Shown here: positions 36,462 through 45,744 of the stretch, one piece after another
How positions within the stretch are numbered: position 1 is the first letter of the stretch
How the letters are laid out: every line of letters starts with the position of its first letter
NCBI GenBank assembly: GCA_018402015.1
Contig: JAGYJL010000007.1
Coordinates: forward strand, 13,440 to 77,439
DNA from: Flavobacteriales bacterium
GTDB taxonomy: Bacteria; Bacteroidota; Bacteroidia; UBA10329
Direction: 5' to 3'
Length of the DNA stretch: 64,000 bases
Notes under the pieces: model-generated
Told to the model about the DNA's origin: nothing
Database searches by the model: none
The model's input: only the letters and a program-made list of their open reading frames with translations
Program-made: the position numbers and the translations under genes

Positions 36462-38269
36462 TGACGTTGCGCTTTACATACCTGATCGTACTGTTGATGG
36501 GGCTGTTTCAAACACAGAACCTCAGCGCACAGAAGTTGACTGCATCGGCTCCAAGTCAGGTGCAAGTTGGTCAGCGGTTCCGAGTAACCTGGGAATTGAA
36601 TGCAGGTGGTTCTGATTTCGTAGCGCCAGAGATAACGGACTTCCGAGTGCTTAGTGGTCCTAATCAAAGCACCAGTATGCAGTACATAAATGGAAGCATG
36701 TCGCAATCCATTTCGTTCTCTTATGTTCTGGAACCGATTAAAGAAGGGAACTTCAATATAGGTTCTGCAAAGATCAAAGCAAATGGCAATATTGTAAGTT
36801 CTAACGAGTTGACCATCAATGTGGTTAAAGGCGCTACTTCAACCAACTCGGGCGCGTCACCTGCAGCTAATAATCAAAGTTCAAGTTCTTCCACAACGGC
36901 TAATTCTAATGATCTATTTGCACGGGTTGAAGTGAGTAAGCGTTCAGCTTATCTGGGAGAGAAGATAACGGCCGACCTGAAGATATACAGCCGCGTTTCC
37001 ATTGTCAATTTTGACGATTGGAAGATGCCATCGTTTGAAGGTTTTTGGATGAAGGAAACAACCGAAAATCAACAGATTCAACTTCAGAACGAGGTTATTG
37101 ATGGGGTCATGTATCAAACCGGATTACTGAAACAAGTGATACTTTATCCGCAAAAATCAGGAGAGATCACCATTGACCCAATGGAGTTGAGCGTGATCGT
37201 CCGTGAGCGTACAAGTGGTAGAGGACGTTCTGTTTTTGACCAGTTCTTTGGGGGATATCAGGATTTTAAGCGCCCTATTAAGTCAAATGCAGTTACCATC
37301 AACGTAAAACAATACCCAGGTTCAAAACCAGACGATTTCAGCGGTCTTACGGGCAATCTCAGTATGAAAGCCTCCATTGATAAACAGCAGACCAGATCCA
37401 ACGAAGCGGTGAATCTGAAAATAACTGTAAGCGGTGATGGGAATCTATATCAATTGCAGCCGCTGAAGCTCGATTTTCCGCCAGATATTGAGGTTTACGA
37501 CCCGAAGACCAACGACAACATCAAAGCGAATGCAAATGGAATTTCTGGGAGTAGAACATTCGAGTATGTGCTCATACCACGTTACGCTGGAGACTTTAAG
37601 ATCGGCCCATTTTCGCTGAGTTACTTCGATCCGAATGCCAAGACGTTTAAAACCCTATCGCAAGAAGCATTCGACCTGATTGTGGAAAAAGGCGAGGGAG
37701 ATGATGAAAGAAGCAGTTCGGCAGTCAACATCACCAGCAAAGAGGATATCCGGTTGATCGGTAGTGATATCCGCTACATCAAACAAGGTCAGTATCCTAT
37801 TCTAAACGGAACAAATTTCTTTTATCGTTCGGTACCGTTTTATGCTGCTATAGGAGTTCCGCTATTGCTGTTCGTACTCTTACTTGGATATGCGGAATAT
37901 CAGAGATCGCAAGGAAATGACGTAGTGCGTTTAAAGAGCAAACGTGCAACAGGGCTTGCCAAGAAACGATTGAATAAAGCCAAGAAACTGTGGGATGAGA
38001 ATCAGACAGCATTGTTCTATGATGAGGTTTTCAAAGCACTTTCCGATTATGTAGCAGACAAGTTCGCTATTCCTGTAGCAGAGCTAAGCAAGGATAAGAT
38101 ACGGGCAACACTAGGAGCGAAGCAGGTGCCAGAAGAGACGATCTCTAACTTCATTGGCGTGTTGGATAAGACGGAATTTGCTCGTTTTGCTCCGGGCGCT
38201 GATAAGGAAATGGGCAGTGTGTATGACGAAGCCTTGCAGGCAATAGTAAATGTGGAGAATCATGCTTAA
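36461..38269 (+). CDS. batD: BatD (oxygen-tolerance) protein
   Basis: TAATG overlap. 602 aa with a signal peptide, repeated Ig-like ectodomains, a single late TM (FYAAIGVPLLLFVLLLGYAEY) and a cytoplasmic tail. This is the canonical BatD layout. Confidence 0.8.
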   Translation: MTLRFTYLIVLLMGLFQTQNLSAQKLTASAPSQVQVGQRFRVTWELNAGGSDFVAPEITDFRVLSGPNQSTSMQYINGSMSQSISFSYVLEPIKEGNFNIGSAKIKANGNIVSSNELTINVVKGATSTNSGASPAANNQSSSSSTTANSNDLFARVEVSKRSAYLGEKITADLKIYSRVSIVNFDDWKMPSFEGFWMKETTENQQIQLQNEVIDGVMYQTGLLKQVILYPQKSGEITIDPMELSVIVRERTSGRGRSVFDQFFGGYQDFKRPIKSNAVTINVKQYPGSKPDDFSGLTGNLSMKASIDKQQTRSNEAVNLKITVSGDGNLYQLQPLKLDFPPDIEVYDPKTNDNIKANANGISGSRTFEYVLIPRYAGDFKIGPFSLSYFDPNAKTFKTLSQEAFDLIVEKGEGDDERSSSAVNITSKEDIRLIGSDIRYIKQGQYPILNGTNFFYRSVPFYAAIGVPLLLFVLLLGYAEYQRSQGNDVVRLKSKRATGLAKKRLNKAKKLWDENQTALFYDEVFKALSDYVADKFAIPVAELSKDKIRATLGAKQVPEETISNFIGVLDKTEFARFAPGADKEMGSVYDEALQAIVNVENHA

Positions 38270-39026
38270 ACGAGGCTTTACATATGTGATGGTCATTGTG
38301 TTTTCATGGATGTCAGTTTTGGGTTTTGCTCAGGTTGACACCTTGAAAACCTCAGCAGATAAGGCTTACATCGAGGGCCTGTACACCGAGGCAGCTGCCT
38401 TGTATGAGAAGATACTTTCACAAGAGTACGTATCTGCCGAAGTGCATTACAATTTGGCAAATGCCTATTTCAAAAGTGGCCAAATAGCACCGTCTATCTT
38501 GAATTACGAACGAGCCTTGAAACTTGCCCCGAAGGATGAAGACATTCAGTTCAATCTAAAATTGGCCAATCTAAGCGTTAAGGACAAGGTGGAGGAGATT
38601 CCACAGTTGTTTTTCGTGACTTGGTGGGAGACCATATTGAAAGCCTTCGGGGTTGATGGTTGGGCTTGGAATGCGGTAATTGCCACGGTACTTGGTCTTA
38701 TTGGTCTGCTGCTGTTCCGGTTCTCTTCGGATGAAGGAATGAAACGTTTGACCTTCTATTTTGGAATCATAGCCATTTCCTGGGGCGTTTTTGCCCTGTA
38801 TGCAGCACAGCACAATTTTGACAAGAGTGTGAATGACGACCGTGCTGTGGTATTCGCTTCGACCATCAATGCCAAAAGTGCACCAGATCAAAAAGGCAAA
38901 GATCTATTCGTTATTCACGAAGGTCTTGTAGTTACCGTGAGCGACCGATTGAATGGCTGGTGCCGTATTAAGCTTTCTAACGGTGATGTTGGCTGGGTTC
39001 CCGAAGGAAGCTTATCAATCATTTAG
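38250..39026 (+). CDS. batE: TPR + SH3b protein BatE
   Basis: ATG at 38250 (alternative at 38262). TPR (EVHYNLANAYFKSGQIAPSILNYERALKLAP), two TMs, C-terminal SH3-like GWCRIKLSNGDVGWVPEGSL. Confidence 0.7.
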   Translation: MWRIMLKRGFTYVMVIVFSWMSVLGFAQVDTLKTSADKAYIEGLYTEAAALYEKILSQEYVSAEVHYNLANAYFKSGQIAPSILNYERALKLAPKDEDIQFNLKLANLSVKDKVEEIPQLFFVTWWETILKAFGVDGWAWNAVIATVLGLIGLLLFRFSSDEGMKRLTFYFGIIAISWGVFALYAAQHNFDKSVNDDRAVVFASTINAKSAPDQKGKDLFVIHEGLVVTVSDRLNGWCRIKLSNGDVGWVPEGSLSII

Positions 39027-39114
39027 ATTCTTCCTGAGGCATCTTCTTTGCGTTTGTGCGTCTGTATAGCTCAAGACATTTTCTAGCTTTACAGAACAAA
39101 CCCCGTTGCTCTGC

Positions 39115-42100
39115 GTGAAACAATTCGTTTCTCTTCTTTTCCTTTTTATGTCGCTTTGCTTCATCGCTCTTGATGGTTTTGGGCAGCAGTCGCTTTACAT
39201 TCCAGGTGGCGTTAATTACGTGGGTATTGGAGACCTGGATGTAACTGGGACACAAATTACTGTCGAAGCTGTTGTTACCTATAATGGTGGTACCAATATC
39301 GTTTCAAAGCATACTGACCCGACCAATGTGAATTATCTCATGAGACCTGGATCGGCCGAGATAACCACTACAAATGGTTATGTGAATGCGGTAACGGGCT
39401 TTCCTCTGGTTCAAGGTCAATGCTATCATTTGGCATTCACCTATAACGGTACGAGTTTGGACTATTACGTAAATGGCTGTCTGGCCTCATCAACACCACA
39501 TACCGGAGCTCTTGTTCAGAATAACCTCATTACTGCCATTGGCGATCAATCAAGCTGTCAGTGCGAATCATGGATCGGCTACATTGACGAGGTACGGATA
39601 TGGAACGTAGCTCGAACACAGGCTGAGATTCAGGCTAACATGACGAATCTGCCCAATCCTACAACGCAAATTGGTTTATTGGCATATTATCAGTTCAGCG
39701 GTAATTACGTTAACGTTCAGGGCAATCCCGCGTATAACGGTGTGCCTGTCGGAGCGCCCCAACTTCAGGTCAATCCTGCCTGTCAGAATATTGACCTCAG
39801 TTTTCAGAATTCTGTCACTGTAACTGATGTGAGTTGCAATGGAGGGGCAGATGGAACAGTCTCAATTACCAGCACAGGTGGACATCCGAATTATAACTAT
39901 TCTGCTGATGGCGTAAACTACTTTCCGAACAACAGTATTTCCGGTTTGCCAGCAGGAAATGGCTTTGTTTGGGCAAGTTCTGGTGCTAATTCGGGTTGCA
40001 TCGAACAGATTCCTGTATCCATTTCAGAGCCCTCTGCAATAACGACTTCAATTACAGGAACAGATCCAACAAGCTGTGTTACCGGAAATGGAACAGCTGA
40101 CCTTACCGTAAATGGCGGCACCCCGCCCTATACTTATTCGTGGTCGACAGGAAGCACTGTCCAAGATCCAACGAATCTAGTTCCCGGTACAAATACGGTT
40201 ACTATTACAGATGCCAATCAGTGCACGGCAATGGAGAGTATAACACTCAATAATCCTCCAGTAATCTCAGCAAACATCACTAATCCGATCGATCCAAGTT
40301 GTTATGGTGGTAATGATGGCTCAGCCACACTGACCGTGAATGGCGGAACGCCTCCGTATACATATACTTGGTCCTCAGGAAGTGCTCAGCAAAACCCTGC
40401 AGACCTTGTAGCGGGAAACAACTCGGTAACAGTTACAGATGCTGGAGGATGCACGGCTACAGCGAATGTAGCTCTAGGAGAACCCACACCGGTCTTCCCA
40501 AATGCATTTGCCAATTATGTAAGTACTCAAGGTGCGTGCGATGGTGGCGGAGTTGCTAACCCATCTGGTGGAACCCCACCGTATACCTATTTGTGGGACA
40601 ACGGTCAAACAACTCAAACTGCAACTGGAATGTGTTTAGGACCACACAACGTTGTAGTTACTGATGCAAATGGTTGTACCGGTTCGCAGGTCATTACGGT
40701 CAACGTTCCTGCATGTCTGACTGATGTTGATTTTTATACTTGGCAACAAGCAGGCCAGCTAGCTAACGGAAATTGGACGGTGCAAAATGCTGGTTCTCAA
40801 GTGTTTCAGTCAGTAAATGGCGCCCCTACCTTCTTCGTAACGCCCGTTGACTACATAAATGTGAGAATGCGTGGAAAAATGCGCACTACAGATGGTGATG
40901 ACGACTTCATGGGTGTTGTATTTGGATTTAATGACCCAATCGGAGCAACTGACGTTTACGACATGTGGTTATTCGATTGGAAACAAGGTACTCAGACAAA
41001 TGCCGGGTTTGTTGGGCAAGAGGGATTTAATTTAAGCCATGCTGTGGGCTTGATTCCTGCAGGGCAATATGGTGCTACTTTTTGGGGGCATACAAACACA
41101 CCTGAATTCACTGTGGTCGGAACCAACTACGGTAATAACGGATGGAGCCAGAATGTAGATCACGAGGTTGAAGTGACTTACACGGTGAACCGTGCAATTA
41201 TTCTTGTGGATGGAGATACGATATTCGATATAAATGATTGTTTCGAGCCCGGAAGGTTCGGATTCTATAATTATTCTCAGAGATCAGTAACATACTCCGA
41301 CTTCACGTATGAATTATTTGCGGATTTCATTGTTGAAGATGAACAGGTCTGTGCGGGCGACACTGCGCATTTCACTTTTCTTGAGCAGTGTGGAAATTTC
41401 AATAACCTCGATCAATTCAGTGAGTTGGATTGGGATTTTGGAGATGGGTCTACTGAAACCATAACCGACATTCAGTTCAGTAATGTTAATCCATCTCATG
41501 TTTATGAGAATGGAGGTAATTACACTATTCGACTTATTGCCAGAGACACGCTTGGATGCAGGGATACGATCTACAAGAACATTACCGTCTGGCAAAATCC
41601 AACGGCCGAATTCACTTTTACCGATCAGTGCTTTCAGGATCTCACTCAGCTCACCAATACTTCACAATCTGGAGCCTACCCCATAACAGGCTCTGCATGG
41701 CTAATTGATGGTAATCAGATAATGCAGCAGAACAACCCTGTTTATCAGTTCCCTACAACTGGAATGCAGGTGGTTGGTCTAGGTGTACAAGATGCGTTCG
41801 GGTGCACAGATACGGTTACGCACCTGGTTGATATTTACGATCTGCCGCAAGCAGATTTTGTGCCAATTGAAGATTGCTTTGCACCTGATTATCCTTTTGA
41901 GGATATGTCCACCATTAATGCAGGTACGGTTGATGCATGGGAATGGGATTTCGGTGATGCTGGAACATCGACTCAACAGAATCCTACGCATACGTTTGCT
42001 GATTTCGGACAATATGACGTTACCCTCGTAGCCATCAGCGATAAAGGATGTGGAGATACTATTACGCAGACCATTACTCTTCACGACAATCCTTTACCGG

Positions 42101-44100
42101 GCTTTGAAATACCCGATATCTGTCAATTAGAGCCCATGCAATACTTGGATACTTCTAGTATTGACGAAGGAATGATCGTTGCATGGAATTATTCTCTTGG
42201 TGATAATTCTTCCTCTGCGCTTCAAAATCCAATTCATCTCTATTCAAACGCAGGTTCTATTGACGTTACGCAAACCGTCATTTCCGATTTCGGCTGTGAG
42301 ACATCCGTCACAGTATCTACTTTCGTTGACCCCAAGCCGGTCGCTGATTTTACAACCCAGAACGAATGCTTGAATGATCTTGCGACTTTCAGTGATCTAT
42401 CCAACGTAGCTTCTGGAAGCGTCAATTCTTGGGAATGGGACTTTGGAGATAGTAATACCGATGTGATTCAGAACACTTCCAATCTGTACGGAACGTTTGG
42501 AACTTTTACAGTTGAATTGATGGTTGAAACAGATAGTGGTTGCCGTGATACCGCGCAGCAACAATTAGAAGTATATCAGCTACCTATAGCAGACTTCAAT
42601 TTCTCGAACGTTTGTTTGGATGCAACAGCCATGTTCACAGATGTTAGTACTAGCAACTCTGGGTCTGTAGATAGTTGGAGTTGGAATTTAGGCGATGGAA
42701 CGCTACAATCTGGCGAGGGGCCGATCAATCACGATTACGCAGCACCAGATGATTATGTGGTTGAGCTGATCGTTGAGACCGACCTAGGCTGTTCTGATAC
42801 CTTGGAACAGACAATAACCGTTTATCCAATGCCAGAAGCCGATTTCGTTGCTGATAGCGTTTGTTTTAATGAGATAACGCATTTCACCGATCTTACAGAT
42901 ATTCTTACCGGAAGCATTGCCAACCATGTTTGGGAATTCGGTTTTGGAGGAAGCAGCGCTATTGCTGATCCAACTTTCATTTTTCCCTCAACAGGTTATT
43001 TGCCGGTTAAACTCACTGTAACATCAGGTTTTGGCTGCAAAGACACGATCACAAAGAATATCCGTGTTTATGTTTTGCCAGAGCCGCAGTTTTCGCACAA
43101 CGACACATGTTTTGAAGACGATGTGTACTTCATGAATCAATCGGTTATAAGTGAAGGAACCATTGATCAATACGACTGGGATTTTGGAGATTCCAATACT
43201 TCCAATCAAAATGAACCTATTCACCATTATGGAAATGAAGGGTTCTACCAAACGGAGTTGATAGCAACTTCCAATTACGGTTGTACGGAAAGAGTGGAAC
43301 ACGAGGTGGAAATATTTCCACTTCCTCAGATCGCGTTTACCGCTTTACCATCCGCTGGTTGTCAACCCCTCAGCGTTACGTTTGATAATGAGACGCAGAT
43401 AACGAACGGCTATTTTATCGCTGGATATCAATGGGACCTTGGTCATGGAATTTCATCAACAGGTACACATCCGCAAACCACATATTTGGATAGTGGACTG
43501 TACGACATTCAGTTGATAGCTACTTCTACCAATGGTTGTGACGATACTCTTTTTGTAAGCAATGCCATTGATGTTTGGCCAAGACCTATCGCTGGTTTCA
43601 GCACGGAGAAGGATAGATACATCATGTTTTTCCCAGAGGTAGATTTCGTTGATCAAAGTTTTGGAGCAACAGAATGGCACTATGATTTTGACGATGGCTC
43701 GTCCTCATTTGATCAGAACCCAACGCACGAATATCAGGAAGCTGGAACTTATCAGGTTATTCAGACCGTGAACAACGATTATGGTTGTGATGACGAAACC
43801 TCGATTCGTGTTCTCGTAGAGCCAGCAATAACGCTTTACATACCAAATGCATTTACACCTAACGATGACGGAAAGAACGACTTTTTCTTTGGCGATGGCG
43901 TTGGCATTAAGGACTATGAAATGTGGGTCTATGACCGTTGGGGTGAGAACATTTTCTATTCTGCAAATATGGAGAATGGCTGGGATGGAAGCTACAAAGG
44001 AGCGCCCGTGGAAGCTGGTTTATACGTTTACAAGTTCTATGTAATTGACGTTGACGGAAACGATCACACATACACAGGAGGAGTTCAATTGTTGCGCTGA
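39115..44100 (+). CDS. giant surface adhesin: LamG + SprB repeats + TSP_C-like lectin domain + ~10 PKD domains + T9SS type B (gliding-associated, CHU_C) sorting domain
   Basis: The start is uncertain: the track gives TTG 39106, and GTG 39115 gives MKQFVSLLFLF.... LamG: CYHLAFTYNGTSLDYYVNG...IDEVRIWN. SprB repeats: VTDVSCNGGADG.., GGTPPYTYSW x3-4. About 10 W(D/E)FGD PKD cores. C-terminus: IPNAFTPNDDGKNDFF...WDRWGENIF. Confidence 0.85.
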   Translation: MKQFVSLLFLFMSLCFIALDGFGQQSLYIPGGVNYVGIGDLDVTGTQITVEAVVTYNGGTNIVSKHTDPTNVNYLMRPGSAEITTTNGYVNAVTGFPLVQGQCYHLAFTYNGTSLDYYVNGCLASSTPHTGALVQNNLITAIGDQSSCQCESWIGYIDEVRIWNVARTQAEIQANMTNLPNPTTQIGLLAYYQFSGNYVNVQGNPAYNGVPVGAPQLQVNPACQNIDLSFQNSVTVTDVSCNGGADGTVSITSTGGHPNYNYSADGVNYFPNNSISGLPAGNGFVWASSGANSGCIEQIPVSISEPSAITTSITGTDPTSCVTGNGTADLTVNGGTPPYTYSWSTGSTVQDPTNLVPGTNTVTITDANQCTAMESITLNNPPVISANITNPIDPSCYGGNDGSATLTVNGGTPPYTYTWSSGSAQQNPADLVAGNNSVTVTDAGGCTATANVALGEPTPVFPNAFANYVSTQGACDGGGVANPSGGTPPYTYLWDNGQTTQTATGMCLGPHNVVVTDANGCTGSQVITVNVPACLTDVDFYTWQQAGQLANGNWTVQNAGSQVFQSVNGAPTFFVTPVDYINVRMRGKMRTTDGDDDFMGVVFGFNDPIGATDVYDMWLFDWKQGTQTNAGFVGQEGFNLSHAVGLIPAGQYGATFWGHTNTPEFTVVGTNYGNNGWSQNVDHEVEVTYTVNRAIILVDGDTIFDINDCFEPGRFGFYNYSQRSVTYSDFTYELFADFIVEDEQVCAGDTAHFTFLEQCGNFNNLDQFSELDWDFGDGSTETITDIQFSNVNPSHVYENGGNYTIRLIARDTLGCRDTIYKNITVWQNPTAEFTFTDQCFQDLTQLTNTSQSGAYPITGSAWLIDGNQIMQQNNPVYQFPTTGMQVVGLGVQDAFGCTDTVTHLVDIYDLPQADFVPIEDCFAPDYPFEDMSTINAGTVDAWEWDFGDAGTSTQQNPTHTFADFGQYDVTLVAISDKGCGDTITQTITLHDNPLPGFEIPDICQLEPMQYLDTSSIDEGMIVAWNYSLGDNSSSALQNPIHLYSNAGSIDVTQTVISDFGCETSVTVSTFVDPKPVADFTTQNECLNDLATFSDLSNVASGSVNSWEWDFGDSNTDVIQNTSNLYGTFGTFTVELMVETDSGCRDTAQQQLEVYQLPIADFNFSNVCLDATAMFTDVSTSNSGSVDSWSWNLGDGTLQSGEGPINHDYAAPDDYVVELIVETDLGCSDTLEQTITVYPMPEADFVADSVCFNEITHFTDLTDILTGSIANHVWEFGFGGSSAIADPTFIFPSTGYLPVKLTVTSGFGCKDTITKNIRVYVLPEPQFSHNDTCFEDDVYFMNQSVISEGTIDQYDWDFGDSNTSNQNEPIHHYGNEGFYQTELIATSNYGCTERVEHEVEIFPLPQIAFTALPSAGCQPLSVTFDNETQITNGYFIAGYQWDLGHGISSTGTHPQTTYLDSGLYDIQLIATSTNGCDDTLFVSNAIDVWPRPIAGFSTEKDRYIMFFPEVDFVDQSFGATEWHYDFDDGSSSFDQNPTHEYQEAGTYQVIQTVNNDYGCDDETSIRVLVEPAITLYIPNAFTPNDDGKNDFFFGDGVGIKDYEMWVYDRWGENIFYSANMENGWDGSYKGAPVEAGLYVYKFYVIDVDGNDHTYTGGVQLLR

Positions 44101-44627
44101 TGAAGCGAATAGGCCTCCTGTCTGATACGCATGGTTATATCGACCAAGGAATAAAGAAGCATTTTGCCAATTGCGATGAGATCTGGCATGCGGGAGATAT
44201 CGGTAACGTTAATGTGTCGGACACACTATCTGCTTGGAAACCGTATCGAGCTGTATACGGTAACATTGATGGAGGTAAACTACGCCTTATGCACCCTGAA
44301 GACCAGTTATTTGAATTGGAAGGCGTTAAGGTTCTTATGACACACATTGGCGGTTACCCAGGCAGATATGTACCACGCATTCGCGAATTGATCTTAAGGG
44401 AAAAACCAAAGTTGTACATCTGCGGTCATTCGCACATCCTAAAGGTGATGTATGACAAGAAACACGAAGTGTTACATATGAATCCCGGAGCAGCTGGTAT
44501 AAGCGGCTTTCATCAGATAAAGACCATGCTTCGCTTTGTATTGGATAACGGAAACATCCGAGACCTAGAGGTCATAGAACTAGGTAAACGAACAGAGAGA
44601 ACGCCTTTGTCAGAAGCGCTTAGTTGA
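44100..44627 (+). CDS. YfcE/MJ0936-family metallophosphoesterase
   Basis: LSDTHG, WHAGDIG and ICGHSH motifs. The start overlaps the adhesin stop (TGATG). Confidence 0.85.
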   Translation: MKRIGLLSDTHGYIDQGIKKHFANCDEIWHAGDIGNVNVSDTLSAWKPYRAVYGNIDGGKLRLMHPEDQLFELEGVKVLMTHIGGYPGRYVPRIRELILREKPKLYICGHSHILKVMYDKKHEVLHMNPGAAGISGFHQIKTMLRFVLDNGNIRDLEVIELGKRTERTPLSEALS

Positions 44628-45672
44628 TCTGTTTTCCGTATTCCAGGATCTTCTCGCAGTGTTGCTTTACGGTAAGCCCATTTTCTTGAGGAAACGTAGG
44701 GCTGATTGACCAATCTTGATGTATCACTTCGTTGATAGTATCGATCCAATCTTGTTTTCTGAATCCTTCAACAACTCGACCAACATCTAGGGTAACTACT
44801 GTTTTGGCCCCAACTTTATCTGAAACAATTACAGGAAGTCCACAGAACAATGCCTCGCTTACAACTTGCGCGTAGGCTTCATATATCGCAGGATGGATAA
44901 GCGCATCCGCTGCCCACATCAATTCCTCCACATGGTCGGCATACCCTATGTAATTCACATTTGGTAGATCTGTTTTCATCGGTTTAACGCCAGCAATTAT
45001 CAATTCAATTGGCTTATCCTGAATCAATTCCATCAGTTCCAACAAGAAACCGTAACCCTTAAGATGATTGCCAGTTGTTACGAACAGCAGGCTTTTCTTA
45101 TCCTCAGAGAAACCGTACTTCTTCCTGAATTCATGTTTTCGCCCTTTACCCGATTGATTAAAGATTCTGTTATCGGTAGGAGGGTAGAGGATTCTGATCT
45201 TTCGTTCTGGCACCTTAGCAAACTGTATCAGCTCATCTTTGATCTTTTCAGATGCCGCCAAAATCAATTTCGAATCTCGATAGGCCAATTTATCCAAGTA
45301 GATATTCATGCGATCAATTGGACCTTTAAAACGCATGCCAAGCGCATCCATATAACCTAAATGCGTTCCCGGACATAGCACTAGATCCTGATGCGATGTC
45401 CTTCCAAGGGATAGACTTAAGTCGAAGGTTTCTTGTTCTATCACCTTCTTTAAACCGTTATTGAAAAACCACATCCGAATGGGTTTAGGAATACGTTTTA
45501 GATCGATCTGATGAATTTGAACCGAATCAGGAATTCGAACCGATGGATCTATCTTGGAAACAATAAGATGAACATCATGCCCTTGCTCAACGAAATAATG
45601 GATGTAGTTGAAAAGCCTCGATTCTAGTCCGCCTTTCTGCAACAACCGATAATGAATGAGCGCTATCCTCAT
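44620..45672 (-). CDS. GT4-family glycosyltransferase
   Basis: MRIALIHYRLLQKGGLE N-terminus. C-terminal E(x7)E-like region YEAYAQVVSEALFCGLPVI. 350 aa. Confidence 0.8.
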   Translation of the reverse strand: MRIALIHYRLLQKGGLESRLFNYIHYFVEQGHDVHLIVSKIDPSVRIPDSVQIHQIDLKRIPKPIRMWFFNNGLKKVIEQETFDLSLSLGRTSHQDLVLCPGTHLGYMDALGMRFKGPIDRMNIYLDKLAYRDSKLILAASEKIKDELIQFAKVPERKIRILYPPTDNRIFNQSGKGRKHEFRKKYGFSEDKKSLLFVTTGNHLKGYGFLLELMELIQDKPIELIIAGVKPMKTDLPNVNYIGYADHVEELMWAADALIHPAIYEAYAQVVSEALFCGLPVIVSDKVGAKTVVTLDVGRVVEGFRKQDWIDTINEVIHQDWSISPTFPQENGLTVKQHCEKILEYGKQIN

Positions 45673-45744
45673 ACTGCGAATTTACACACGCCTTGCTGGC
45701 AAGTTGGTTTTCTTTCGTAGAATTGATGTTCGTATCAACCAATT

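Noticed and set aside
30616-39026. Treating the MoxR/VWA/Bat cluster as a novel system
   Set aside because: The gene order and domain content match the already described Bacteroides-type aerotolerance (bat) operon. Only its internal spacer and its neighbourhood are flagged.
39019-39255. 78-aa - strand ORF
   Set aside because: It overlaps the batE end and the signal-peptide region of the adhesin. It is basic low-complexity shadow reading.
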